Below the pieces are notes generated by a model, which was not told the origin of the DNA, did no database searches, and saw only the letters and a list, made by a program, of their open reading frames with translations. Shown here one piece after another: positions 1-10,268 of a stretch of DNA of 64,000 bases. The translations under genes were made by a program, and so were the position numbers. Source of the stretch: a virus (lineage: Duplodnaviria > Heunggongvirae > Uroviricota > Caudoviricetes); IMG/VR virus record IMGVR_UViG_3300031413_000001; one strand, given 5' to 3'. Every line of letters begins with the position of its first letter. Position 1 is the stretch's first letter.

Positions 1-852
1 TTCACGATCAGCTACGACGTTTCCAGTCCGTTCACGCTTGCTGCATATGGCAAGGTCTTTGTTGGTTACAACTTGGACAAGAACAGTTGGAGCATCCAGG
101 GTGAAAAGCTGGATGGTCGAAACTTCCTTCGCGAAGGAAGCTATGACACTGAGTTCTACAAGATGGAACAGTTGGTCGACAAGGCTGGCCTTCCAATGTG
201 GATGAAGGACAAGGCAACAGGCGAGGCTCTAATGGATGAGCACGGCCTGATGACGCCCAGGATGCGGGAAGTTCTAGACTATACGACGACAACCAAGTAT
301 CCTGGTGGCGCGGACAGTGAGCGTCCATTCTTGGACGTGTTGAAGGAAATGTTCAACGAACGTCTGGGTAAAGTCAGCGGCGGCCGCTTCATTGAAACTG
401 AAGTCGGCAAGCTGCTGAAGATGGGCGACATCTGCGTCAATGGTGATCCCAAGTTCACCTCCACGTGGGACGTTGTCACATACGCACTCTTGATGAACCA
501 CAACATTCAGGTTCACCTTGAGGGTGTTTACGAAACACAGGACCTCTACGACAAAGCGGATCCGCATTTTGTTCCCTCGGAACTATTGCAGATCAAGGAT
601 GTTATCCATGAGGTCTTCCGCAGCGAGACGCCGCATGATGTGATCAGGGACAACCGAAAGGTCCTGAACTTTATTGCTGGCAACAATGCGGAGAATGGTA
701 TCACACAGTGGCATGGTGCAAATCTGAAGATTTCCAATGTCCGTGATCACAAGAAGGTTCTCAATGCTCGGAAGGAGCATGAGGAAGAAGCTAGGCTGAA
801 GTGGGAAGCTGCTCAGCCTACTAGGTTTGCCGACCCCTCATTGTTTGGATAA
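1..852 (+). CDS. hypothetical protein, 5' end lies upstream of window
   Basis: Frame-1 reading frame is open from nt 1 with no in-frame stop before the listed ATG at 73; ends with TAA at 850-852. Balanced amino-acid composition. No motif recognised. Confidence 0.5.
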   Translation, partial: FTISYDVSSPFTLAAYGKVFVGYNLDKNSWSIQGEKLDGRNFLREGSYDTEFYKMEQLVDKAGLPMWMKDKATGEALMDEHGLMTPRMREVLDYTTTTKYPGGADSERPFLDVLKEMFNERLGKVSGGRFIETEVGKLLKMGDICVNGDPKFTSTWDVVTYALLMNHNIQVHLEGVYETQDLYDKADPHFVPSELLQIKDVIHEVFRSETPHDVIRDNRKVLNFIAGNNAENGITQWHGANLKISNVRDHKKVLNARKEHEEEARLKWEAAQPTRFADPSLFG

Positions 853-855
853 TTT

Positions 856-1869
856 ATGAGTAACATCGTCTATGAAGCAATGATGACTCTGATGCCGGGC
901 AGCCGGAAGCGAACAGCTTCCGGTTGGACCAACATTGATGGAGTCTGTTGTGTTCACAATGGTGAAACCCAGGACAAGCGAAAGCGACTGGGTATCACGA
1001 TGGGACAGGATGGATCCAGTGTGATCGCTCAGTGCTTTAACTGCCACTTCAGAGCTGGATGGAGACCAGGTCAAAATCTCAGCAAAAAGATGGCAAGCCT
1101 ATTGTCCTGGATGGGCATGGGAGACGATGAACTCAAAAAGCTCAATTTCAAAATCTGGCAGGAACGTGAGCGGGCCAAGATGGACCCCAACTATCTTCCC
1201 AAAGAGTACACCAAGCTGGAGTTCAAACCACACCAGCTGACACCGGGAAGTCGTCCCATCTTGGAGTTCATTGCCGAGGGATATCAGGACAAGAATCTGG
1301 ACAAGGTGGTCAACTATCTTGCGGATCGCGGTGATGATATCTTCACAGGGTTTGATTTCTACTGGAATCCAACCAAAGAGCACAACTTGAATGAACGAGT
1401 GATGATTCCATTCAGGTGGAAGGGTCAGATTGTTGGTTGGACTGCCCGTGCGGTATTTCCAACCAAACATCGTTACTTCACGGAGGTACAGCCCAATTAC
1501 ATGTTCAACACCGAAATGGTGGACAATGATTGGGAATACTTGTTTCTCTGCGAGGGACCTTTTGACGCCATTGCGATAAATGGTGTAGCGACACTGGGTG
1601 ATAAGATCACCGACGACCAGATCCGATGGCTCAATCAGTGCGGCAAGAAGATTGTCGTGGTACCTGATAGGGTCAATCAGGGTGGAACGCTTGTGGACAC
1701 GGCTGTTCGAGAAGGCTGGCAAGTCTCCTTTCCTCGCTGGGATGCGGGGATCAAGGATGGCGCTGATGCGGTTAAGACGTATGGAAAGCTCTACACCATC
1801 TGGTCGATTATTGACGCAAAGGTGTCCAATAAACTAGAAATAAACGTGCGCCGACAGCGCCTACGATAA
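856..1869 (+). CDS. DNA primase (Zn-ribbon plus TOPRIM domain, DnaG/T7-gp4-N-terminal type)
   Basis: N-terminal zinc-binding motif CCVHNGE...CFNCHF. TOPRIM signature LFLCEGPFDAIAINGVATLGDK...KIVVVPD (E, DxD acidic residues). Lies immediately upstream of the helicase gene. Confidence 0.75.
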   Translation: MSNIVYEAMMTLMPGSRKRTASGWTNIDGVCCVHNGETQDKRKRLGITMGQDGSSVIAQCFNCHFRAGWRPGQNLSKKMASLLSWMGMGDDELKKLNFKIWQERERAKMDPNYLPKEYTKLEFKPHQLTPGSRPILEFIAEGYQDKNLDKVVNYLADRGDDIFTGFDFYWNPTKEHNLNERVMIPFRWKGQIVGWTARAVFPTKHRYFTEVQPNYMFNTEMVDNDWEYLFLCEGPFDAIAINGVATLGDKITDDQIRWLNQCGKKIVVVPDRVNQGGTLVDTAVREGWQVSFPRWDAGIKDGADAVKTYGKLYTIWSIIDAKVSNKLEINVRRQRLR

Positions 1870-1886
1870 GAGACCAGGAGGTCCAA

Positions 1887-3407
1887 TTGAGCCAGTATAA
1901 AAAAGAAGAAGTTGAGCTCAAGGACTACAGTCAGGAAGTCCAGAAGGTCCTGATTCAGTTCATGCTAACAGATAGCAGCGCGTATGTTCGCTGCCAGAAC
2001 ATTGTCAAGCCAGAGTACTGGGATGACAAGTTGCGGCCAGCAGTCCGCTACATTCAAAAGTTTACCAACGAGTACAAAGCTCTGCCGACTCCAGAGCAAG
2101 TAACCGCTGAAACGGGCATTGACACTCCCATTATTCCCAACGTTCAGAGCCAGCACGTGGATTGGTTCCTGGATACAGTTGCGGACTTCTGCAAGCATAA
2201 GGCAATGGAAGCTCTGGTCTATGATGGACCCAAGCTTCTCGAGACCGGTGACTATGCAGAGCTGGAGCGTCGAAGCAAAGAGAACATGCTGATCAGTCTT
2301 CAGAATGAACTTGGTACCGATTACTTCATGGATCCCCTGGAACGACTCCAGCGCATGAAGGACAAGACTGACACGACACCAACTGGCTGGCGAGACATTG
2401 ACAGCAAGTTGTATGGTGGAATGAACCGTGGCGAGATCACATTCTTTTGTGGTGGTCCTGGTACGGGTAAGAGTCTCTTCCTGCAAAATCTCGCACTGAA
2501 CTGGGTTCAGATGGGCCTAAATGTGATCTACATCACGATGGAGCTCAGCGAGGAACTGGTTGGTCTCCGCTACGACGCGATGATCACCGAAATGCCAACC
2601 AAGATGATCTTCAAGGACATTGAGGATGTGGCAATGCGGTTGGGCATGATGCGTAAGAGTGGCGGCAAGGCTCACAAGTGGGGCAAGCTGCAAATCAAGA
2701 AGATGCCAATGGCTGGTACAAAGGCCAATGACATTCGTGCGTACCTGCAGGAATTTGAGATCCAGACAGGTCAGAAGCCCGATGCTATCGTGGTGGATTA
2801 CTTGGACTTGATGCATCCCAACAGTGGAAAGATCAACGTCAGCGATCAGTTCATCAAGGACAAGTTCACTTCGGAAGAGCTGCGCGCTCTAGCAGTGGAG
2901 TGGAATGTTCTTTGTGCAACGGCATCGCAGTTGAATCGTGCATCCATTCAGGAGCAGGACTTTGACGCAAGTCACATTGCAGGTGGTATTTCAAAGATCA
3001 ACACAGCGGATAACGTGTTGGCCATTTTGACAACCACAGCTATGAAGGACCGGGGAGAGTATCAGATCCAGTTCTTGAAGACACGATCTTCAAGCGGTGT
3101 TGGACAAAAGATCTTCTTGAAGATTGACAGTTCAACGTTGAGGATCCAGGACGCTCCACAGGAGATGATGGAGGGACGTGGTTCGGGCGTATCAGCAATG
3201 CAGGCTGGTTTGCTCAACAAGGTTCAGACAGTGGTCCCCAAGAGTATTGGCACGGCGTATAGTGGCGGCGGAAGTGCCGATCCAACCGCACCAACTGGTC
3301 CAGCAGCAGAAAATCCCGTGTTGTCGCGTACCAGCACAACATCGTCGGGTAAAGTGGCTGCACCAGGAGCATTGCTCAGAAGTCTCGCACTTAAAAATCG
3401 AGACTAA
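1887..3407 (+). CDS. replicative DNA helicase, DnaB/T7-gp4-C family (RecA-like ATPase)
   Basis: TTG start 5 nt after AGGAGG. Walker A FFCGGPGTGKSLF; Walker B-like IVVDYLDLM; DnaB-type motifs (arginine finger region LNRASIQEQDF). Low-complexity Gly/Ser/Ala/Pro C-terminal tail. Confidence 0.85.
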   Translation: MSQYKKEEVELKDYSQEVQKVLIQFMLTDSSAYVRCQNIVKPEYWDDKLRPAVRYIQKFTNEYKALPTPEQVTAETGIDTPIIPNVQSQHVDWFLDTVADFCKHKAMEALVYDGPKLLETGDYAELERRSKENMLISLQNELGTDYFMDPLERLQRMKDKTDTTPTGWRDIDSKLYGGMNRGEITFFCGGPGTGKSLFLQNLALNWVQMGLNVIYITMELSEELVGLRYDAMITEMPTKMIFKDIEDVAMRLGMMRKSGGKAHKWGKLQIKKMPMAGTKANDIRAYLQEFEIQTGQKPDAIVVDYLDLMHPNSGKINVSDQFIKDKFTSEELRALAVEWNVLCATASQLNRASIQEQDFDASHIAGGISKINTADNVLAILTTTAMKDRGEYQIQFLKTRSSSGVGQKIFLKIDSSTLRIQDAPQEMMEGRGSGVSAMQAGLLNKVQTVVPKSIGTAYSGGGSADPTAPTGPAAENPVLSRTSTTSSGKVAAPGALLRSLALKNRD

Positions 3408-3449
3408 CAGTTCTGCTAAATATGCGACGCGCCATTAGGGAGAGTTTGA

Positions 3450-3734
3450 ATGACCGGTCAACCCGACGACATTAGGAGGTACGTCAGACTCACTGAGTCC
3501 ACGCTCCTGTCCTCGGACGAAGCGGACACACTATTCGAGGGTATCGAGATTCCACATCTCGATACCTCGGACCTTCTCCACGAAGACGTCAACGATATGA
3601 TCTTCAAGTTCCGAAGCTACAGTGAGGCCGATACGGATCCCTCCTATGCTCGGGGCGTGGAGGAAGGGCTGGCACTTGCCGCTGACATGCTGGAACGCCT
3701 GTTGGAACGCCATCCTGGTCACTCTAGCAAGTAA
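3450..3734 (+). CDS. small acidic hypothetical protein
   Basis: 94-aa ORF packed between flanking genes; Asp/Glu-rich. No motif recognised. Confidence 0.4.
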   Translation: MTGQPDDIRRYVRLTESTLLSSDEADTLFEGIEIPHLDTSDLLHEDVNDMIFKFRSYSEADTDPSYARGVEEGLALAADMLERLLERHPGHSSK

Positions 3735-3742
3735 GAGGCACG

Positions 3743-4012
3743 ATGAAAGACCAGCGCGTCAAGAGTCTCATCGAAGAGCTCGACCTGTTTGTCCCACAGC
3801 GCGACAAACACCAAATCATTGAGGCAAGGGCCAGCAACGTGATTGCTGGTGCCATGAACCTCGTCAACCTGATCAATGAGAGTTTTGAGGACGATGAAGC
3901 CGATGAGCTGATCCGTCGCCTCATGAACGCCATCAAGAACAGGGATCCAGACAAGTTCAATCGCAAGATCCGAGAATTGCGTAAAATCGAGGAGGGCAAA
4001 CGTGGCAAATAA
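3743..4012 (+). CDS. hypothetical protein
   Basis: 89-aa ORF whose stop overlaps the next start (4002). Charged helical composition. Confidence 0.45.
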   Translation: MKDQRVKSLIEELDLFVPQRDKHQIIEARASNVIAGAMNLVNLINESFEDDEADELIRRLMNAIKNRDPDKFNRKIRELRKIEEGKRGK

Positions 4013-5066
4013 CAGTGACGCTATCCGTCGTCTAATGAACCTCATGGAGTCCACTCAGCAACCCAATCTCATTGAGGGCTGGGTTGACAACGTCAAGGAC
4101 AAGTTGGATCGACGAATGGGAAACAAGGAGCGGGAACAAATGGCCGCTCAGTTGACCAAAGAGTATTACACGTGGTTGGGTCAAAGCAACCGTGAGGGAA
4201 CCGGAGAAGATCTGGTTCGCTTTATGACTCAGAGGATCGGCTTCAATTCCCAAGATGTCAAGGTTGTTCTCTCCAAGTCGGGCGTCATTGGTGACGATGC
4301 TCCCGAGGCGGAAGAAGAGCCCGGCGAGGAAGAGGATGCGCCAGAGGCAGAAGAGAAGCCCGCTGGATGGGATCCAGAAGAGGGTGTGCCGCTTCCCAAG
4401 GATATTGCCAACGCCAAGCTCAATGATTTCAAGCACCTTGGTGGTGGCTTGGATCAGGCAAAAGCCGACAACAAGACTGATGCCAATGAGATCAAGGACG
4501 ATCCACGAAAGTACATGAGTGGAAACGGCTGGGACAACAAAAAGATCACAGCCAAGCTGTCTAAGATGCCCAAGGGTTCCTCGCTGACACTGGGTAAGAG
4601 TACCTTTCGTTTGTCCGCGGGCGATGAAGCAACAGACTTCTACGATGGCCCAGCAAATGAATCCATCAACGAAGCATCCAACCCAGATGTCATTCCACGC
4701 AAGACCATCAAGCAGGTAATGGACGCCGCTGCCGCACAGGTAAACGACGAGTACCTCTACAATGGTCCCAAGAATGATGCTGAGTCGACCAAGAATCAGG
4801 CAACTGGTCGTAACCGTCAGTCATCTACCGTAAGAGGCGACGACGAGGGAACACCCAATGAGCCAGGCAAAAAGGGCTCCGGTCAATACGATGCAGCGGA
4901 GATGGTCAACATTCTGAAGAGTGATTTTCAGATCACCAATGCCAAGGCGTGGGTTGACAGCTTGACCCGCAAGGTCATGAATGCTGGTGGCATCTCAACC
5001 ATGTCCGACAACGACATGCACGACCTGGCCCTTCTTGGCTGGGCACTGGTTCGCGCTCGCAACTAA
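4002..5066 (+). CDS. hypothetical protein with acidic Glu/Pro/Ala linker
   Basis: 354-aa ORF. Internal PEAEEEPGEEEDAPEAEEKP low-complexity linker. No catalytic motif recognised. Confidence 0.55.
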   Translation: MANNSDAIRRLMNLMESTQQPNLIEGWVDNVKDKLDRRMGNKEREQMAAQLTKEYYTWLGQSNREGTGEDLVRFMTQRIGFNSQDVKVVLSKSGVIGDDAPEAEEEPGEEEDAPEAEEKPAGWDPEEGVPLPKDIANAKLNDFKHLGGGLDQAKADNKTDANEIKDDPRKYMSGNGWDNKKITAKLSKMPKGSSLTLGKSTFRLSAGDEATDFYDGPANESINEASNPDVIPRKTIKQVMDAAAAQVNDEYLYNGPKNDAESTKNQATGRNRQSSTVRGDDEGTPNEPGKKGSGQYDAAEMVNILKSDFQITNAKAWVDSLTRKVMNAGGISTMSDNDMHDLALLGWALVRARN

Positions 5067-5103
5067 ATTGAACACGCGATGCTCGTCATGCTAGAAAGTT
5101 GGT

Positions 5104-6279
5104 ATGACGAGCATCCCACACTTCGAAGACATGAGCGTCAAAGACATCCTGGATAGTCTTGACCTCAAGTGGATGGCCAGCGAAAAGCTGGACGGATCCT
5201 ATCTTCAAATCGGCCTAGATGATGCCGGACAATTCTACACACAACGAAAGGGCGGACAGCCCATCTATGACATCGAGGACTGGCCCGATGAACTGTGGTC
5301 TGCGACGTATCGTCGTGGACATGCGGTTGCCAGTTGTGTCATCGAAGCTCTTGTAACCGAGAATGCAATCTCTCCAGGAAACTGGCTGGGTGTTGAGCTC
5401 CTTGAGGGTGTTCAGCCCAACTCCATTCCCTACAAGGGAGAGATGACCAGCACCTATGATAGCATGGTCGTCACGCATACCAGCTGGTCGCCCAGCACGG
5501 CATTTTATTGCATTCTAGGCAATGACTTTTCCGTAAAGACGACCGCGCTGATAACGCGGATGATTGGCGCCACCGAGGCAGCTCAAATAGATGAACTTGC
5601 CAACTGGATGGTTCACATCAACAATTCACTTTCCATGGAGTGGATTCGTGAGCGCCTCTCAACCAGTGCCGATCAGGTAAAGCTGGTGCTAGATCACTGG
5701 CTGCCCGAGCCCAGCAACATTCGGGGTTTTAGCAAGCGGGAGATCCTCGAGACAAATCTGTCCCGGAAGCATCCCAACGCTGGTGATCGTAATTGGAATG
5801 AGCTCCGAAAGGAAATTGTCCAGGAACGCGCACGTCTCCGCCCGGTCTTCGATTCATGCGTTCTTCTATTCAAGGAAGCTGCTTACCGGGTCATAGTGAA
5901 CGAAAGTGACTCTATTATGGGCAGTGGATGCTATAAGGAAGGCGCAGTCGTAGCGACCCCCAGAGGGCTGTTCAAACTGGTGGACCGGGAAGCATTCTCA
6001 GCCATCAATGAGTTCACTCATCGGGTCAAGTATGCCATCGTGGGTGGAAGGCGTCCAGCACGTTCCTGCTTTTTGAGTCGCACCAAGGATTGGCCCAAAG
6101 AAAAGCGGCTAGCCAGACTTGAAAAATTACTGACAGGGTACCGCGCAATGCGTTATTCATTACATTACAACGGAATGTTGAACGGGAGAGCCATTCAACT
6201 CTCTTACAGCGGGGACCTTCATCGTAGGACTCTCGGAATGTTCTACGATACGAAGAAAAGGATTGAAGATGGGCGGTAA
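5104..6279 (+). CDS. hypothetical protein
   Basis: 391-aa ORF; its 3' end overlaps the next gene by 17 nt (coupled pair). Confidence 0.55.
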   Translation: MTSIPHFEDMSVKDILDSLDLKWMASEKLDGSYLQIGLDDAGQFYTQRKGGQPIYDIEDWPDELWSATYRRGHAVASCVIEALVTENAISPGNWLGVELLEGVQPNSIPYKGEMTSTYDSMVVTHTSWSPSTAFYCILGNDFSVKTTALITRMIGATEAAQIDELANWMVHINNSLSMEWIRERLSTSADQVKLVLDHWLPEPSNIRGFSKREILETNLSRKHPNAGDRNWNELRKEIVQERARLRPVFDSCVLLFKEAAYRVIVNESDSIMGSGCYKEGAVVATPRGLFKLVDREAFSAINEFTHRVKYAIVGGRRPARSCFLSRTKDWPKEKRLARLEKLLTGYRAMRYSLHYNGMLNGRAIQLSYSGDLHRRTLGMFYDTKKRIEDGR

Positions 6280-7159
6280 GGCTTTCACAGATACGCAACG
6301 TATTGCTCGTGAGGACATCTACGGCACTCTGACTTGGTTGGAGCGCCACTGGCCCGATTACATTCTAAATGACGGTAAGCCTCTGAGCAAAGTCATGCTG
6401 GGATCGGCTGGTAAGAACGAGACGTCTGGTGATATTGATCTGAACTTGAGCATTGATGTTTATGATCAGGCAAAAGTTGCCAATGACCTTATCGCCCTCT
6501 TGGGTGCCGATCACGTAAAGGCTCGTCCAGGCAACAACCAGATCTTCACATCCATTCCCATCAACGGAGATGCTGAGGCGCATGGTAGGGTCCAGGTGGA
6601 CTTTATGTTTGGTAACTTTGAGTGGCAGAAGTTCAGCTACTTTAGTGCTGGCAAGACTGACATGCTCCGCTGGGGCAATAGCAGTGCCAGCTACTTTAAG
6701 GGATTGTACAGAACGGAGATGATCAAGGCTATCACGGCCTATTGCTCCGACTGGGTATTGGAAGACAAGGGTGAGATCATCGCCCGCGTGGGTCCCACGT
6801 TCTTCCACGATCGGGGACTGCTCTGGCGTTATCGGCTTCGGCCAATGCGTCAGGATGGTACCGCGAGGGTCAAGGAATTCAAGGAACTCTCCAAGGAGGA
6901 ATTCTTGAAGGTTTACCCCAGCGCAGTTACGGCGCTAACTGACAAGATGGATGATCCCAAGAAGGTGGTTGAATACCTCTTCAACGGGCGTGGAAGTGTT
7001 GGTTCAGTGGACACGCTGGAAAGCATTGCCATGTATATGAATCGTGCCTTCGACAGTGATGCTCGAAGGACCATTTGTGCCATCTTTCTAGAGCGGCTAA
7101 ATAACCTGAAAGTTGAAGTCCCCATAAAGGATTTCAAGCACATTTACTTGCAGGTGTAA
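6263..7159 (+). CDS. putative nucleotidyltransferase (Pol-beta superfamily fold)
   Basis: Motif LGSAGKNETSGDIDLNL = hG[GS]x8D[IL]D. A later acidic residue lies in VQVDFMF. No further subfamily assignment possible by eye. Confidence 0.5.
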   Translation: MKMGGKAFTDTQRIAREDIYGTLTWLERHWPDYILNDGKPLSKVMLGSAGKNETSGDIDLNLSIDVYDQAKVANDLIALLGADHVKARPGNNQIFTSIPINGDAEAHGRVQVDFMFGNFEWQKFSYFSAGKTDMLRWGNSSASYFKGLYRTEMIKAITAYCSDWVLEDKGEIIARVGPTFFHDRGLLWRYRLRPMRQDGTARVKEFKELSKEEFLKVYPSAVTALTDKMDDPKKVVEYLFNGRGSVGSVDTLESIAMYMNRAFDSDARRTICAIFLERLNNLKVEVPIKDFKHIYLQV

Positions 7160-7398
7160 CCATGCGTTGGAATGAGATTGTAAACGAAACTTCGACCGCC
7201 GGATCAACAGCATCCGGCAATGTAGCGACCTCAGTTGGAAAAGCAGGCATGAAGGGTTCTATTGGTGCCGGCTTTGACTCCCAGGGTCACAAAGGAATCT
7301 ATGACGCAGCGGAGCGCAAAAAGGGTCGCAAAAAGAGCTGATTCCAGATGTGTTCCGATAAATAGATGCAACAGAAACTCTCTTTTAGGAGACTTCAA

Positions 7399-7731
7399 AT
7401 GACTGACAAGATTCACGGCTTTGCCGCAACTCCAGACCAGTTCCTGTCGGGCGGTCTCCCAATGTTCACTGCTACCGTTACTGGTGCAGACCTGACCGCA
7501 CTGGTCGGCGCAGAAGAGCAGCACTCGCCTGCACTGGACAAGCTGATTGAGGTCATCTCGATCCGCGCACAGCCAGTCATCATGGGCAAGGCTAAGCCAA
7601 CCACGCTGAACTTTGCCGTTGAGCACAACGAGATCTTCGGTGACCTGTCGGCGTTCAACGCTGAGGCAACCGCAGCTTTCGGCGCAGCGATCCCAGGTGC
7701 GACTGTGACGATCAGCAAGTTCGTATTCTAA
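7399..7731 (+). CDS. hypothetical protein (Ala/Thr-rich)
   Basis: The listed ORF starts at 7366, but GGAG precedes the ATG at 7399 (MTDKIHGF...). Followed directly by a strong terminator. Confidence 0.5.
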   Translation: MTDKIHGFAATPDQFLSGGLPMFTATVTGADLTALVGAEEQHSPALDKLIEVISIRAQPVIMGKAKPTTLNFAVEHNEIFGDLSAFNAEATAAFGAAIPGATVTISKFVF

Positions 7732-7759
7732 TCCTTAGGGAATAGATTGCAGACAGATT

Positions 7760-7792
7760 AGCCCAGGAAGCGTTTGCTTCCTGGGCTTTTCC
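7760..7792. terminator. intrinsic terminator hairpin, possibly bidirectional
   Basis: agcccaggaagc-gttt-gcttcctgggct then tttcc. A 12-bp perfect stem placed between convergent genes ending at 7731 (+) and 7796 (-). Confidence 0.7.
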
Positions 7793-8032
7793 ATGTCATG
7801 CTGCGGGGCGAATTAGCTCTGCATATTCGGTAAGTTCCACGCGCAAGAGAGCTTCTTGCTTTCGCCGACGGGCAGCGAGGACTTCATCGACCAGTCGGGT
7901 ATTTCGACGAACTAGAAATGCACCATCGCGGATGATCTCGAATTCGTCGATTGGAAGTTCATTCTCATTCTCGTTCACTGCGGTCTCCCTGCTTATGTAA
8001 CAGGGTTAGCATCAGTGCGGAGTGTGTCAACC

Positions 8033-9703
8033 TTACTGACTGGGCATCAGGTGTGTTACGTCTCGGGCAACACTCTGAATTTCAATCAGCTTGCCATCGT
8101 CGTCAAAGATGCCGCGATCAATCCAGTCCTGCCAACGAGTCTCATTGTGGCGCTGAATCCTGTGGATACCACGACGCACTTCTGCTTCCGGTGAGATGCT
8201 GAGCATGTAAGCGATAAACTTCTCATGGTCGGTCTGTGGAATAACATCCAGGAGCGCAAAGCCGTTGATATCATCTAGCTCAACGTCAAAGTAATCCCTG
8301 AACGTCTGGTTGCTGAACGTGATCTCAAACTTGGCATTGAAACAAACCACCATGTCAATGGTGTTGTCAATGACCGTCTTGTAACGCTCACGCGATGCCT
8401 TCAATTGGGTATCAATATCCTTGAACGCCGTTACATCTCGGGCAACCACAATCTGTGCTTCCGCGTTGTCCCACTCGATTGGTCGACTGTTGAAGGCAAC
8501 CTCACGAACATCACCGCTCTTGGTCATCAAGAGAGTCTCGTAGCTTTCCGGTGCATCACTGTCCAGCTTGACTCGAATATGCTCACGCTCCAGGGGGTGG
8601 ACAAAATCAAGGGGATTGATCTTTTGTAGTTCGCTCTCGCTATAGCCGGTCAGTGTGATAAGGCGCTCGTTCCAATCTAGAAGCGAGGAGTTATCGTGGA
8701 TAAACATGCTCTCCGAACTTGCATCCGAGAATGCACGGAAGTGAGCCTCACTCTTGCGAAGATTCTGATATGCCTTCTTGAGTTCCGTGGTGTCATAGAA
8801 CACCAAGATCCACTGGTGAGCCTGATGACCCTTGATCACTGGGGTGATGTGGACGTCGAACCAAATGTCCGATGCACTTTCAAGCTCAAGCTGAACCTCG
8901 TGGCGAGCGGTTACTTCCTCACCAAGTGTCCGGCGAACCGTCCAGTAGCCCTTGTCAATTCCCAGCAGATCACGAAGACTCATCTTCTTTAGATCACGCC
9001 TCTTGGTCTTGGTCAAGCGAGCAAAGCCCTCGTTGACGAAGGTTACCTTGTAATCACTTCCGTCATTCTCGAGGATAACAAAGCCCGTGTTGGATGCGTC
9101 AATCGTCGTGACCAATTCCTGGTTACGTTCCGCTAGCTCACGCATCATCTGACCATTCTTCACACGATGGGTCACATTGCGGATTAGGATGATGTAATGA
9201 GTCTGCTTGTCACGACGAACCAGCTTGCTGGCGCCCACGTCGATATAGATTGTGGTTCCATCTTCCTTGACTCCCATGAATTCCTCATGATGATAAGTAG
9301 TGGTAAGTGGTTCGTCGCTGTTCACCAGGCCCATGAAGCTTTCCATGAACTCGGAGTTGACTTTTGTTCCCTCAGGAAACTGAAACAATGTGGAGATGCT
9401 CTTGCCGATGATATAACGCTTCTTCCACCCAAACATTGCCTCGGCCGCTGGGTTGAAGCTTTCAATAATGCCGTGAGTGTCCACAAGTAGGAGTGCATCG
9501 GCCAAGAGGCGCGACGTCTGTTCGATCTGTTGTGCGTAGTCGTCGAGTTTTGCCTGAAGGGTCTCGGTAACGTCCTGGGCAAGAGTCATCGTTCCCTTGG
9601 CAGCCTTCTCCAATGCATCACTGCTGGCGATGGCTGCCTTGAGACTTGCTTCGCGTGCTGCTTTCCTGTCAGTTTCCTTCTGACTCTGAAACAGCCACTT
9701 CAT
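8033..9703 (-). CDS. multi-PAS-domain sensor protein with no recognisable output domain
   Basis: 556 aa. Repeated PAS/PAC-like segments (e.g. LLVDTHGIIESFNPAAEAMFGWKKRYIIGKSISTLF, FVILENDGSDYKVTFVNEGFARL, SMFIHDNSSLLDWNERLITLTGYSESEL, MVVCFNAKFEITFSNQTFRDYF). No kinase, GGDEF, EAL or HTH motif seen. Confidence 0.7.
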   Translation of the reverse strand: MKWLFQSQKETDRKAAREASLKAAIASSDALEKAAKGTMTLAQDVTETLQAKLDDYAQQIEQTSRLLADALLLVDTHGIIESFNPAAEAMFGWKKRYIIGKSISTLFQFPEGTKVNSEFMESFMGLVNSDEPLTTTYHHEEFMGVKEDGTTIYIDVGASKLVRRDKQTHYIILIRNVTHRVKNGQMMRELAERNQELVTTIDASNTGFVILENDGSDYKVTFVNEGFARLTKTKRRDLKKMSLRDLLGIDKGYWTVRRTLGEEVTARHEVQLELESASDIWFDVHITPVIKGHQAHQWILVFYDTTELKKAYQNLRKSEAHFRAFSDASSESMFIHDNSSLLDWNERLITLTGYSESELQKINPLDFVHPLEREHIRVKLDSDAPESYETLLMTKSGDVREVAFNSRPIEWDNAEAQIVVARDVTAFKDIDTQLKASRERYKTVIDNTIDMVVCFNAKFEITFSNQTFRDYFDVELDDINGFALLDVIPQTDHEKFIAYMLSISPEAEVRRGIHRIQRHNETRWQDWIDRGIFDDDGKLIEIQSVARDVTHLMPSQ

Positions 9704-9948
9704 TAGAGCTTGGCCTTGATTTCGATGAGCACCATCTTCAAGCCGTTCATAGCTTCAGTGATCGTGATGTTGTTCTTGGAGTAGTCGTCGATGATCTTGT
9801 AGATCTTCTCGTCCTTCTTTTCCAACTGCTTGGCCTGACGGAAAACCCACCAACCCAGAGCAATAATGATACCAAGAAGAACCGCAGTAAGAGAACTTCC
9901 ATCCCCCTTTGCGATTAGGGAGACAATGCTTTTGAAAAGGTCTTCCAT
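9703..9948 (-). CDS. small single-pass membrane protein (holin-like topology)
   Basis: AAGGAG precedes the internal ATG (MEDLFKSIV...). One hydrophobic helix LTAVLLGIIIALGWWVF followed by a charged C-terminus. Confidence 0.45.
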   Translation of the reverse strand: MEDLFKSIVSLIAKGDGSSLTAVLLGIIIALGWWVFRQAKQLEKKDEKIYKIIDDYSKNNITITEAMNGLKMVLIEIKAKL

Positions 9949-10049
9949 GAGTGTCTCCTTGAGCCGATCTTTACCCCCATATTTACCATAGAGTCGCCCC
10001 TGCACTGCACCAGGTTAACTGCCTGGTTTCGGACTATTATCAAACAGAT

Positions 10050-10268
10050 ATGCTAAATATGCTTGGATATCCTAATAGTGAGAAACCAATGACTCTTTCT
10101 GAGCTCTTTGGGGACGACCCCCTTAAAATGTCGGCCGAGGAGCGTGCGTTTCTCGAGAGTGCCCAGCACCTATGGGCAGCTCAATTCGAGGCAATCATCC
10201 ATGAAAGTCGTGGTCCCAAGATCAAGACCCGTATCCATGTCAAGAAGGGCAAAAAGAAGAATGGATAA
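10050..10268 (+). CDS. small hypothetical protein
   Basis: 72-aa ORF ending in a KKGKKKNG basic tail, immediately before the next gene. Weak support. Confidence 0.3.
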   Translation: MLNMLGYPNSEKPMTLSELFGDDPLKMSAEERAFLESAQHLWAAQFEAIIHESRGPKIKTRIHVKKGKKKNG

